Positions 9,290 to 20,602 of a DNA stretch of 64,000 bases are shown here, one piece after another. The stretch spans positions 1 through 64,000 of the IMG/VR virus record IMGVR_UViG_3300020392_000008. One strand, given 5' to 3'. Both the position numbers and the translations under genes were made by a program. Within the stretch, counting starts at the first letter, position 1. Each line of letters opens with the position of its first letter. Under the pieces are notes generated by a model, which worked only from the letters and a program-made list of their open reading frames with translations, was not told the DNA's origin and did no database searches. The stretch is from a virus.

Positions 9290-9297
9290 TACGTAGG
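9280..9297. terminator. Hairpin between convergent M43 and nrdA genes
   Basis: cctacgt-taat-acgtagg. Confidence 0.45.
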
Positions 9298-9306
9298 AAA
9301 TATTTT

Positions 9307-11475
9307 TTATGCATCACATCCGCCTCCTGCACAGGTAAATACTGAATTTTCAGGACGCTTAGGTGTTTGAGAAACTATGTTTTCAGAGGCTGATAATTTT
9401 TTATTTTTAGAAAGCTTAGACTCAGTTCTTGTGTAATATGATCCTGTTTTAAGTCCATTTTTCCAAGCAAAAACAAGTGCACTAGATATTTTACTATATT
9501 TAGCATCTTTATGATAAACATTCATACTTTGAGATTGATCTACGTATTTGTTTCTTATTATTGCTAATTCTAATAAAACCTTTTGAGGTATTTCCCAAAC
9601 TGTTTTATATCTGTATCTAATGTCTTCTGGTATTTCATGTATATTTTGAACGCTTCCTTCGTTTGCTATGATTTTATTTCTAATATCTTCGTTCCATATA
9701 CCTAGCTCATTTAGTTCTCTTACTAAATATTTGTTAACAACTATAAATTCTCCATCTCCCACCATTCTAGTAAAAACATTGGACGTAATAGGTTCAAAAC
9801 ATTCAAATGCTCCTAATAAAATAGCGCTTGACGCAGTTGGCATCAGGCCTAGTAAAAGAGAATTTTTCATAGGGATAGGTTCTCCTTTTTCTAGAGGACT
9901 CCAATCTTCTATATATGTTTCACCTTTACTATATGGGCTTCCTTCCCAGGATGGATATGATTTATTATCCTCTCTAGCTATTGTCATGCTTTCTTCAACA
10001 GCTGCTTTATACATGGTTTCAAAAATATCATTATTCCATTTTTTAGCGTCTTCACTTTCAAATGAAATTTTCTTTTTAGCAAAAAAGTCAGCAAGTCCAG
10101 CTACGCCGATAGCTATTGCTCTCTGATCTTCGCCCGCTTTTTTTGACCATTTATCTGACCATTTGTTGTTATCGATTACTTTATTAAGGGCTCTTACAAG
10201 AACTTTAGTGGACTTTGCTATGCTTCTTAAAGTATCATGCTCAGCAAGATTTACAGATGCTAAAGTGCACTGAGGTGTATACTCAGGCAAACTTGCTTGT
10301 ATTATTTCTGCACATAGGTTAGATTGATTTACAATACCGATGTTACGCTGCATATTTCTTTTATTAGCATTATCTTTAAAAAATGTATATGGAGTACCAC
10401 TTTCAACCTGCGATCTAATTATAGCGTCCCATATTTTTTTAGGTTCTATGGGCTCGCCTAAACCTAATTCTATGGCTTTGTAATATTCTTCTTTAAACTC
10501 TTCACCATGAATTTCATAAAAAGGTTTTAATCCTGCTTTTTTAATATCATTAGGGCAAAAAAGGTAATACTTTTTATTTGATACTAAAGATTCCATAAAT
10601 ACATCATCTATAGTTACTGCCGTAAATAAATCTCTAGCCCTATTTAGTTCTTCTCCTATAGGCAATCTTAACTCCAAAAAAGGTAATATGTCTTTGTGCC
10701 AAGTGGAAAGATATAAGGCACAGCTACCTGATCTGTTTCCTTGTTTGTAAAATCTCATTTTGGCTTGAACCATGTCTGCGAATCGTACCACCCCTCCTGC
10801 TTTTCCTTTAAAGCTTTTTACCATACTTTTAGAGCTACGAAGCCTATCTATACACAGACCTATTCCAGAACCTTCTTTAGACCCATGAGCTATTTTATCT
10901 AAAGTGGCGTTGATTCCTTCAATACTATCGTCCATTAGCGTGGTAAGATTACAACTAATTAAACCATTTCTACCCTCTACACCTGAATTAGACAATATAG
11001 GCGTTGCAAAATTTATTTTTTTATCATATAATTCATTTAATAACTTTCGTCTATCTTTAAAAGAATCAGGGTATAAATGACTTGCTACTCTATTATGCAT
11101 CATTGATGGTATTTCAATAGGTGTTCCATTTTCATTTTTATCAGAATATTTAGTTAAAAAAGTAGAAGCAGCAAAAGAATCAAATTTTTCATCTACCTTT
11201 TTTTCTTCTACTTCTAATAACTTACCTTGCCTAGATATAAGTATTCTTCCTCCTAAGATTGCATAGTCTGGGTGCTCTATTTGTAAATCTGCTGTTTGAA
11301 ACGCGACTATTTCATCTATATCAGTAGCCGTCATACCATCTTTTATATGAGGTACAACTTTTTGAAATAACATATCGGGTTTTATATTTAACCCTACAGA
11401 TTGAGTTTTTATTCTACTTAAAATTTTATTAGGCATAAAGGACTGCTTTGTGCCATCTCTTTTAATTATTTTCAT
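9307..11475 (-). CDS. nrdA: Class Ia ribonucleotide reductase alpha subunit
   Basis: N-terminal ATP cone (IIKRDG), ATPILSN, SNLCAEI, MPTASS, VDQSQS, GLKTGSYY, C-terminal CAGGGC. Confidence 0.97.
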   Translation of the reverse strand: MKIIKRDGTKQSFMPNKILSRIKTQSVGLNIKPDMLFQKVVPHIKDGMTATDIDEIVAFQTADLQIEHPDYAILGGRILISRQGKLLEVEEKKVDEKFDSFAASTFLTKYSDKNENGTPIEIPSMMHNRVASHLYPDSFKDRRKLLNELYDKKINFATPILSNSGVEGRNGLISCNLTTLMDDSIEGINATLDKIAHGSKEGSGIGLCIDRLRSSKSMVKSFKGKAGGVVRFADMVQAKMRFYKQGNRSGSCALYLSTWHKDILPFLELRLPIGEELNRARDLFTAVTIDDVFMESLVSNKKYYLFCPNDIKKAGLKPFYEIHGEEFKEEYYKAIELGLGEPIEPKKIWDAIIRSQVESGTPYTFFKDNANKRNMQRNIGIVNQSNLCAEIIQASLPEYTPQCTLASVNLAEHDTLRSIAKSTKVLVRALNKVIDNNKWSDKWSKKAGEDQRAIAIGVAGLADFFAKKKISFESEDAKKWNNDIFETMYKAAVEESMTIAREDNKSYPSWEGSPYSKGETYIEDWSPLEKGEPIPMKNSLLLGLMPTASSAILLGAFECFEPITSNVFTRMVGDGEFIVVNKYLVRELNELGIWNEDIRNKIIANEGSVQNIHEIPEDIRYRYKTVWEIPQKVLLELAIIRNKYVDQSQSMNVYHKDAKYSKISSALVFAWKNGLKTGSYYTRTESKLSKNKKLSASENIVSQTPKRPENSVFTCAGGGCDA

Positions 11476-11491
11476 CTGCTTTATTTTTTAT

Positions 11492-12451
11492 TTAAAACTC
11501 TACGTCATCGAATATTCCAACATTGCTAGTAGGAATGTCTACTCTAGTATATCCTCCGCCTGTTCTTCTTTCAAAGAAATTATTTTTAGAAGATAAACCT
11601 ATTTTTTTCATAAAATCTAATGGGTTTTTAGTGTTAAATTTTGTTTCTCCTACAAAGTCTTTTAATACTATGTCAGTTACAAATTCAACATACTCTATCA
11701 TCATTTCTTTAGTCATTCCTTGCAAACCGTCAGGCAAACTTTCTTCAACAAATTTTTTCTCTGTTTGATAACAAGATAATATAACTTCTTTAATTCTTTC
11801 AGGGCTTGGTTTATATTCTTCTTTAATGTATTTTTTAAACATTTGAAGGGCAAATTCATAATGAAAAGACTCGTCCCTAAGTATTAATTCATTCATTTCA
11901 GCTAATCCTGGCATTTTATTTCTACTTCTAAACCAGAATACCCCTGCAAAAACAGAAGAAAAAGCAATACCTTCTACACAGGCAAATGCTATTAATTTTT
12001 CAACAAAAGTGCCGTTGCTTAACCAAAATTCTGCCCATGAAGCTTTACTTTTTACAGCTTCATTTGTTAACATTGAATTAAAAAGTTCTGATTTTTCAGA
12101 AGGATCTTCTATGTATGTATCAATTAATAATGAGTAACCGTTTGCATGAACCTGCTCTATAAACATTTGGTGATTATAATAATATTTGGCCTCTGCTATT
12201 TCCACATTATCAATTACATTATCACAAAGATTGTCTATTACTAGCCCATCTGATATAGTAAAAAAGGCTAATATGTTCTTTAGATAAAATTTTTCTGAAT
12301 CATTTAAAGAATTATAATCATCTTGTGCTAAATTTACTTCTTCAGCAACCCATGTTTGCTTTTCAGCCGCTTTATATGCGTCCCATAGATCTTGGTTTTT
12401 AATAGGAAATATAGAATATCTTTTTTCAGTATCTGAGTTTTTTAAATACAT
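11492..12451 (-). CDS. nrdB: Class Ia ribonucleotide reductase beta subunit (start placed at MYLKN)
   Basis: WVAEEV, LAFFTISDG, EQVHANGY, VEGIAFSSVF, ILRDESFH, NFFERR. Confidence 0.96.
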   Translation of the reverse strand: MYLKNSDTEKRYSIFPIKNQDLWDAYKAAEKQTWVAEEVNLAQDDYNSLNDSEKFYLKNILAFFTISDGLVIDNLCDNVIDNVEIAEAKYYYNHQMFIEQVHANGYSLLIDTYIEDPSEKSELFNSMLTNEAVKSKASWAEFWLSNGTFVEKLIAFACVEGIAFSSVFAGVFWFRSRNKMPGLAEMNELILRDESFHYEFALQMFKKYIKEEYKPSPERIKEVILSCYQTEKKFVEESLPDGLQGMTKEMMIEYVEFVTDIVLKDFVGETKFNTKNPLDFMKKIGLSSKNNFFERRTGGGYTRVDIPTSNVGIFDDVEF

Positions 12452-12493
12452 ATGAATAATTATTTTTATTAGGGAATCAAATCCCTGGTGTTT

Positions 12494-12527
12494 AAAAAAT
12501 GGGCATATCAAAATAGATTTGCCCATT
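12494..12527 (-). terminator. Terminator-like hairpin between the S1 gene and nrdB
   Basis: aatgggca...tgcccatt stem followed by a U-tract on the minus strand. Confidence 0.55.
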
Positions 12528-12581
12528 ATAGATTTATTTATTTAATAGTTCGTTAAGTTGAACAAGTGGATATGTTTTTTA

Positions 12582-13775
12582 TTAGTTAGTTAATGAATAA
12601 TTAAGTCTCTTATTAAGAGGGTCTACGTTATGAATTAAAACTTTAGAAAAATTAGAAAGATCTAACTTTCTATATTGCTTATCTAGCTTTAATTCTATTG
12701 CTTCCCCATTATAATACATTGATATAGTATTTCTTTTTGTTTCATGTTCTGAAAAATCAAAAGTATTTCCTTCTAAATCTTCCTTTAATCTATCCCATTT
12801 TACTAGGTCTTCTGGTATAGAATCCTTTTTTAATGATAAAATTATTCTATATTGATTTTTTTTATATGAAACACCTTTTACATATACATCAATGTCGTCG
12901 CCTGCCTTTAAATTTTTTCTAATATCGTCATAATTTTCAAAATCAGAGCTATGAACAAGGCCGGTGTAATAATTTTCTAATTCTACAAATACACCAAAAT
13001 CATATGGTTTATTAGTTAAAGTACCAGTGTACATTTTTCCAAATCTTAAGTCTGAAACTTTTTCAGGAAGGCTATGCTTAATGTATTTTTTATAAGAAAC
13101 AATAAATAAATTATTTGACTTATCATAATTATCAACCATTACTGAAATGGTTTTATTTAATAATACAGAAAAATCTTTAATTACGTTTGCGCCGGCTTGA
13201 GAGCCCGGTATAAAGCAATCTATTTCACCTTTATATGTTGCTATATAACCTCCTTTTATTAGTTTTCTAATAGTAACATCAAACCAGGTGTTTTCTTCAA
13301 AGTGTGTTAATAGCTCGTCTCTGTAATTAATAGACCTACTTTTCTTTTCAGATGCAACATATTCACAATTAGAGTTAGATTTGTATAATATAACTTTAAA
13401 AGTTGTTCCATGGCCTTTTTTAAGTTCTTCTATGTCTCCTCCATATTCTTTTAGTGGAATACTTATTTCAACACCTGAAGTGTCTTCTATCGCTTTAATC
13501 ACGCCTGTGTTTAAGCATATGCTTTTTGCATGAACTTTGTATAACTGACCTACTTCTAAGTCCTTGCTTACGTGTAAATCAATTCCACGTTCCTGTTCGT
13601 ATTTTTTGTATAGATCATATAGTTCCTGCGCATAAGGTTCTTTGCATAGGATTTTAATATTATCATTAATGTCTTGGTCAGATAGCTTTACATTCCTATT
13701 GTATTTATCATTTGTTAATGAATCCCAGTCAAAGTCTTCTAGTGGCTGGCCGTTATTTGAATTGTTTTTTTGCAT
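12582..13775 (-). CDS. rpsA: Ribosomal protein S1-like protein
   Basis: S1 repeats KGGYIA..CFIPGSQ and YDFGVFVEL..GLVHSSD; N-terminal PLEDFDWD as in Bacteroidetes S1. Confidence 0.85.
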   Translation of the reverse strand: MQKNNSNNGQPLEDFDWDSLTNDKYNRNVKLSDQDINDNIKILCKEPYAQELYDLYKKYEQERGIDLHVSKDLEVGQLYKVHAKSICLNTGVIKAIEDTSGVEISIPLKEYGGDIEELKKGHGTTFKVILYKSNSNCEYVASEKKSRSINYRDELLTHFEENTWFDVTIRKLIKGGYIATYKGEIDCFIPGSQAGANVIKDFSVLLNKTISVMVDNYDKSNNLFIVSYKKYIKHSLPEKVSDLRFGKMYTGTLTNKPYDFGVFVELENYYTGLVHSSDFENYDDIRKNLKAGDDIDVYVKGVSYKKNQYRIILSLKKDSIPEDLVKWDRLKEDLEGNTFDFSEHETKRNTISMYYNGEAIELKLDKQYRKLDLSNFSKVLIHNVDPLNKRLNYSLTN

Positions 13776-13819
13776 ATCTTGTATTTTTAAATATTATATT
13801 GAAAACCGGTTGTTTAGTT

Positions 13820-16800
13820 TTAAATAAATGACCTAAAAAATCCAACTTTATCCGCTGCTTCTGAAATAAACTCATCTAGGAATAATATAAATAAAAAATT
13901 CTTACTGGATAATCTTTCCCAAGGCGGTATATCATCTGCTCTCATAACGGGGTGAAGAAGCCTTTGTGTATCGGCTAAACCTATACTAGCAGCGCCTGCT
14001 GGTATTGCATAACTTAGTGGAACATCCATTATAGGGGACACTATTTTGTTTATTGTTTCCTTTGCTTTATCTAGCCCGGGTAAGTCAAAAGTAGGAATAT
14101 TAGATGAATTAGGAGACTTTATTTTAGCTAAAGCGTCGGCAGTAAATATAGCAAAGTCAATAGGACCAAATGGGGGTAACAAAAAAGATCTTATTTGAGA
14201 CCCCGATAAGGTTATTCCTTTTGTAGAAACTAATAAATTAATTAGCGCGTATATTGGTTTTATTATGTCAACCAAATCATTTAATTTAAACAATATTTTA
14301 TTTTCTATATAAACTTTTATATCTGAAGGGTTAAGGCTTTTAAAATTATTTTCAATATCAACAGGTAAACATCCATCCAAATTTTTCATATCCTCTTCTA
14401 TTTTGGATTTTAAAGGACCTAATAACATATTTAGATCAATTGGAATTTTTTTAGATAAAGTAAATGGTTTTAGTAAATCAACTTTTTTAGAAGGAATAGA
14501 AATAGAGGATAACACACCTGCAGATGATTCAAGTATTTTTTTAGAATCTGGTTTATTATTTAATTTTAAATCTGGTTTAACTTCACTATTAATAATATTA
14601 AAATATGCGTCTTGAATAGAAGAAACAGTGGTTTCTTCAGAACCTCCAAACAGTTCTTTTACGTCATTTACACTTAAAGAATCTATATATGACTTAAGTA
14701 AATTATCAGCGGTTATTATTGGTAAAAGGTCAGCTTTTTTTGGTGAAAAATCTATAATTTTTGGTTTAAGGTCATCTAGAGTTTTAAATGCACTAAATTT
14801 AAACTTAGATTCAGATACTTCTTTTCTTTTTTTATCGTTTAATGAATTATCTTTTTTGTATTCTAAAGCTTTTTTATGATTACTTAATTTAGATTCTTTA
14901 ATATTTAATTCTTTTTTGAGTCTTCTTTTTATTTTTTTATCATTTTCGTTTTTTATTTTACCAATTAGTTCTTCTATTTCTAACTTTGCTTTTTCTTCAT
15001 TTAAATCAGTGTTACCTTTTAGAGTGTTAGATATTTGTTCTCTAATTTCGTTAAATTTTTTCTTTATATCAACAAAGCTATCGTTTATAATAATTTTATT
15101 ATTTGAATTTACTGGTAGATTATTTAAATCAATTAAATCGATAGCGTTTGGTAATTCTCCTTTCATTATGTCTTTAATTATTCTATTTTTATCAGAAGTT
15201 GGGTCATCTTTTTTATCGCTATTTTTTTCTTCAACATTTTCCTTTAATTGCTCTAGAGGGGTAGGTGGAGGGTTTAGCTTAGTTGAGTCACTAGGTATTT
15301 TTATAGAGGGGAGAGATATGTTGTCAAAAAATTCCATAGTGTCTTTTCTAATTGCCTCTTCTTTTTCTGACTTTGAAACTCCTTCTTCAGATTTTTCTTT
15401 TCTTAAAGCTTTTAATTTTTTTCTTTTTTCTTTTGGCGGTAAAGACGACATATATATGTCATCTATTTCTTTTTGTTTTTGTAAGCGTCTTTTTTCAATA
15501 GCATCTTGTATAGCTAAACTATTTGTAAATTTAGGTTCGCCCATTTGATTCATTTTATCTTTTACGGATTCTTTTGCTTTTTCAATGGCGTCTAAGGCTG
15601 ACTCTTTTTTATCTACAGCATCTTTTACTTTTTCATTTTCAGATTTTCCAGATACAGACTCTTCTAAATTTTTTATTTTTTCACTAATAAGTTTATGCTT
15701 AGGTGTTTTTGGTTTTGCTTTACTAAGTTTATTTTTAAGAGATTCTATTTTTATATTATACTCGTTTTTTTCTTTTTCGGATAAGTTATCTAGGCCCGGT
15801 TTATTAAGAGATGCTTTTTTAGCAGCAGCAATTGATAATGAAATTTTTAAAAAATTACTAACAGGGTCTTTAGTGTATCCAAATTGTTTACTAGGGCCTC
15901 TTAAAGTAAGAAGATGCTGTTTTGAGCCCGTTGCATTTATGTTGAACATAATTGGACTTATAAACAATCCATTTATAGTTAAAAATATAACAGTTACACC
16001 AATGGGACTGGGGGTAACTAGTAAAGGTATCCATATAATAGGAAGAGGTATTTTAATAAGTTTACCCGCTGGAGTTGGAAAAAAGAAACCAACAGGCCAA
16101 TATCTTAAAGTGGTTGGGTTTTTAGGAATGGGTAGAAGTGCTACCTTATTTAAAATTTTTGAAAACTCTAACCAATATTTTAAATCATATATACTTGGCA
16201 TAGTGGGGTCAGTGCCGTTTAATGATTTTTCTCCAAAGGGATCGTCTCCTTTTACTTTATTTGCTTTGTTTTCTAGTTCTTCACTTGAATTTTGTAAAGT
16301 TTTTTTTGAAAAACACGCGCTATCTAGTTTTATAAGTAGTTCTTTAACCCTATCTTGAGTGGGTTTTATTTCTTCCATTCTTTTTTTAATCCTAGATATT
16401 TCAGACTTTAAGTTTTTATTCTTTTTTATAAAATCCTCCTGTGCGTTTTTAACCGTTTGCACGATAGTTTGTAAATTAGAACTATCATCAAGCAGGTCGG
16501 TATTTACACCGCCTATAGTTAACAATAGTTTAATATCTACCCTGGCTAAGTTTTTTAAGTTTTCAGCAACTATCTTAAAAGCAGGTTCTATTTTATTTTT
16601 TCTAATAGTTTCTTTCTTCTGTTCTAATTTTTGTTCAAAATTTTCATAAAAATTAGATAGTTTTTCTTGATCTTTTATAAAGTATTCTTTTGAGCCTTCC
16701 TTTTTTTTATTAAAAGATTTATCTCTTAAATTTTTATCAACAAGGTTAACCGAACTAGTTAGGCCCCTTTCATTTATTGAAAACAGTTTTTCAACAGGGT

Positions 16801-17932
16801 CGTTTAATTTATTATAATATTGAGTGTATAAAACCCCTGAAAAAGTTTTATTAAAACTAGCATTAGTTATACTTAAACCCGTTGTATTATTAAAAAAATC
16901 ATTTTTTTGTAATAGAGGATTACCTTTTATTGGAAAATTTATTTTTTTAGTAGATCTTTTTCCGTTTTTTTCATTATAAATATCTTTCTGTGACTTTATA
17001 AAATTAATTCCTATAAAATCTATTTCAAATTCTATAACAGGGGAACTTATATAAGATTGTATGTTATATGAAAGATTAGATTTTGCTTCTACGCATGTAG
17101 AATAATCGCGTATAGAATTTTTTATATCATTAAAGGAAACAGAATCTAACGCGTCACGGACAGCATAATAAAAAGAAGTTGAATATGTTGTATCAAAGTT
17201 AAAACTAGAGGTTAAACTAGAATCAGACAATATTGTTTCTAAATCTGTTTTATTTGATATATCATTTTGTAAAGATTGTATTTCTAATTCTATAGCGGCT
17301 TCTGCGTTAAGACAATCCTGATAAACGGAATAATATAACTCATAAATAGTAGATCCATATATTGAATTATTTACGTTATTAAGAGCGGTTGATGTTTCTA
17401 CTTTTTTTAATAATAATTCTGCTTTTAAACTTTTTATTTCCTCAAGTATAGGTTGAAATATTCCCATTAACCTATTCATTTCTTTAGATCTTTCTACGTA
17501 ATATTGTTCTAAAACTTTATAATTATCTTGATATTCAATTAGTTTTTGTAAAAGAATGTTTAGGTTTGAATACTCCTCCTGTTCTTTTTTTAAAATAGAA
17601 TTTGCTTTTTCTAAAGCCTGACCGCAATTATGGCCCTCTTCATTAGGCCCTGTGTTGATATCTTCTAAATTTACGTTTACTTCGGGTATTTCTTTAAATT
17701 CACTTTTATCAATACAACCTAATTTAGCCAACTGCTCAGGACTAATGACGGGGTTAGATGGAGATTTACATAAACTTTGAGAAGCAAGTTCTTGCAAAAT
17801 ATCTTCAATAGATTCTAAACTATCTTCATTAGGAGAAGTAAAATCAATTTGTTCATTTTGTTTTAACTTAATATCCTTGTTTATGTCTGAAACTAATTCA
17901 TTTATGTCTACTTTTTTATCTTCGCACGACAT
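13820..17932 (-). CDS. Large hypothetical late/virion protein with coiled coils and a central hydrophobic Pro-rich segment
   Basis: 1370-aa ORF; upstream GAATAAATAA. Confidence 0.7.
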   Translation of the reverse strand: MSCEDKKVDINELVSDINKDIKLKQNEQIDFTSPNEDSLESIEDILQELASQSLCKSPSNPVISPEQLAKLGCIDKSEFKEIPEVNVNLEDINTGPNEEGHNCGQALEKANSILKKEQEEYSNLNILLQKLIEYQDNYKVLEQYYVERSKEMNRLMGIFQPILEEIKSLKAELLLKKVETSTALNNVNNSIYGSTIYELYYSVYQDCLNAEAAIELEIQSLQNDISNKTDLETILSDSSLTSSFNFDTTYSTSFYYAVRDALDSVSFNDIKNSIRDYSTCVEAKSNLSYNIQSYISSPVIEFEIDFIGINFIKSQKDIYNEKNGKRSTKKINFPIKGNPLLQKNDFFNNTTGLSITNASFNKTFSGVLYTQYYNKLNDPVEKLFSINERGLTSSVNLVDKNLRDKSFNKKKEGSKEYFIKDQEKLSNFYENFEQKLEQKKETIRKNKIEPAFKIVAENLKNLARVDIKLLLTIGGVNTDLLDDSSNLQTIVQTVKNAQEDFIKKNKNLKSEISRIKKRMEEIKPTQDRVKELLIKLDSACFSKKTLQNSSEELENKANKVKGDDPFGEKSLNGTDPTMPSIYDLKYWLEFSKILNKVALLPIPKNPTTLRYWPVGFFFPTPAGKLIKIPLPIIWIPLLVTPSPIGVTVIFLTINGLFISPIMFNINATGSKQHLLTLRGPSKQFGYTKDPVSNFLKISLSIAAAKKASLNKPGLDNLSEKEKNEYNIKIESLKNKLSKAKPKTPKHKLISEKIKNLEESVSGKSENEKVKDAVDKKESALDAIEKAKESVKDKMNQMGEPKFTNSLAIQDAIEKRRLQKQKEIDDIYMSSLPPKEKRKKLKALRKEKSEEGVSKSEKEEAIRKDTMEFFDNISLPSIKIPSDSTKLNPPPTPLEQLKENVEEKNSDKKDDPTSDKNRIIKDIMKGELPNAIDLIDLNNLPVNSNNKIIINDSFVDIKKKFNEIREQISNTLKGNTDLNEEKAKLEIEELIGKIKNENDKKIKRRLKKELNIKESKLSNHKKALEYKKDNSLNDKKRKEVSESKFKFSAFKTLDDLKPKIIDFSPKKADLLPIITADNLLKSYIDSLSVNDVKELFGGSEETTVSSIQDAYFNIINSEVKPDLKLNNKPDSKKILESSAGVLSSISIPSKKVDLLKPFTLSKKIPIDLNMLLGPLKSKIEEDMKNLDGCLPVDIENNFKSLNPSDIKVYIENKILFKLNDLVDIIKPIYALINLLVSTKGITLSGSQIRSFLLPPFGPIDFAIFTADALAKIKSPNSSNIPTFDLPGLDKAKETINKIVSPIMDVPLSYAIPAGAASIGLADTQRLLHPVMRADDIPPWERLSSKNFLFILFLDEFISEAADKVGFFRSFI

Positions 17933-17966
17933 TATAAGTAATTCTTTTTTATTATTTATTCAAAAC

Positions 17967-17993
17967 AAAAAAAAAGACCCATAAAGGGTCTTT
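17967..17993 (-). terminator. Intrinsic terminator after groEL
   Basis: aaagaccc-ataaa-gggtcttt plus a U-tract. Confidence 0.8.
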
Positions 17994-18021
17994 AATATAG
18001 TATCCTAAATAAAAATATTAA

Positions 18022-19647
<1,626 letters not shown>

Positions 19648-19676
19648 TTATACAACTATATTTTTTTTAGTTTTTG

Positions 19677-20513
19677 TTATATAGCTAAATTTTTGTCATT
19701 TAAATAGGTTCTTATTTTGTCCCTATAATCTTTTGCTTTGAATGCTTTACAAGTCCCTTTTGGTGGAATCCATAAAAGAAAAGGATCATCCATTTCTATA
19801 CCGCATTCTTCTTCTATTATTAATCTATATAGACTAACTTGTATAGAGTAATTATTATGTTTATTGTCAAATACATTTTCAAAGGGTTCAAACAACCTAC
19901 GCCTACTACCTTTCCAATCTGAGTCTGTTGTAAATTCTTTATTTGTTTTATAGTCACCTATTATTAGTCTTTTTCCATCTACTGAAAAAACTCCGTCTAC
20001 TGTTCCTGCATAGCCCCATTTTCTAGAAAAAACCTTTACTTCTTGAAAAACAGATTTTATAGAGTTTAATCTCTCTTTATAGAATTCTCTAAAACTTTCA
20101 ACCCTATTGGCTACTTCTAGATTAGTTAAGCCGAGAGGTTCTTCTAATAATTTTTCGTGTTCTAAAGTAGCAAATATATTATCAGCAGTTACTGTTTTAT
20201 AAAAGTTCTCTATCCATTCATGAACCTCAGTTCCCAGTGCAGCTGCTGCTTTGCCTTTGTCACTCCATATTTTTAATATTTCGTCTACTGGTTTTCCATA
20301 AAGGGGGTTACTCTCTGAAAGGTTTTCTGCTACCTGTTTACCATTAAAGGCTTCTTTAAAATTATCTGCAAAACCTGACACTGACTTAAATGTTTGTAAA
20401 ACTTCGCCCGTTGTTTCATCATGATAAGTGTATTTGTGAAGTTCTTTGTTAAATTTAAAGTTAGGGTCTTCAAATATTTTAAATGTAGAGATGTTTTGTT
20501 TTGCTATATTCAT
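19677..20513 (-). CDS. PD-(D/E)XK exonuclease (RecB/Cas4-like)
   Basis: GTEVHEWIE, AGTVDG, IGDYKT, YSIQVSLY. Confidence 0.85.
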   Translation of the reverse strand: MNIAKQNISTFKIFEDPNFKFNKELHKYTYHDETTGEVLQTFKSVSGFADNFKEAFNGKQVAENLSESNPLYGKPVDEILKIWSDKGKAAAALGTEVHEWIENFYKTVTADNIFATLEHEKLLEEPLGLTNLEVANRVESFREFYKERLNSIKSVFQEVKVFSRKWGYAGTVDGVFSVDGKRLIIGDYKTNKEFTTDSDWKGSRRRLFEPFENVFDNKHNNYSIQVSLYRLIIEEECGIEMDDPFLLWIPPKGTCKAFKAKDYRDKIRTYLNDKNLAI

Positions 20514-20602
20514 ATTATATTAAACCAGATAACTTTTTTTGGTTTAGCTTTTTTTAAAAAAACAAAGCACAAAAAGTATATAAATAAAATAAAAATTTAA
20601 AC

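Noticed and set aside
9307-12451. Introns or inteins in nrdAB (also checked the visible part of terL)
   Set aside because: Reading frames are continuous and of ordinary length, with no splicing motifs
12452-12526. 25-aa N-terminal extension of NrdB given in the ORF track
   Set aside because: Overlaps hairpins; RNR-like sequence begins at MYLKN, which has the A-rich start context
14403-16649. Series of long plus-strand ORFs, and similar antisense ORFs inside nrdA, groEL and the fibre genes
   Set aside because: F/L/S/I-rich shadows of real genes on the opposite strand, caused by codon bias
19677-20513. Cas4 or CRISPR system
   Set aside because: No Fe-S cysteine cluster, no other cas genes and no repeat-spacer array seen
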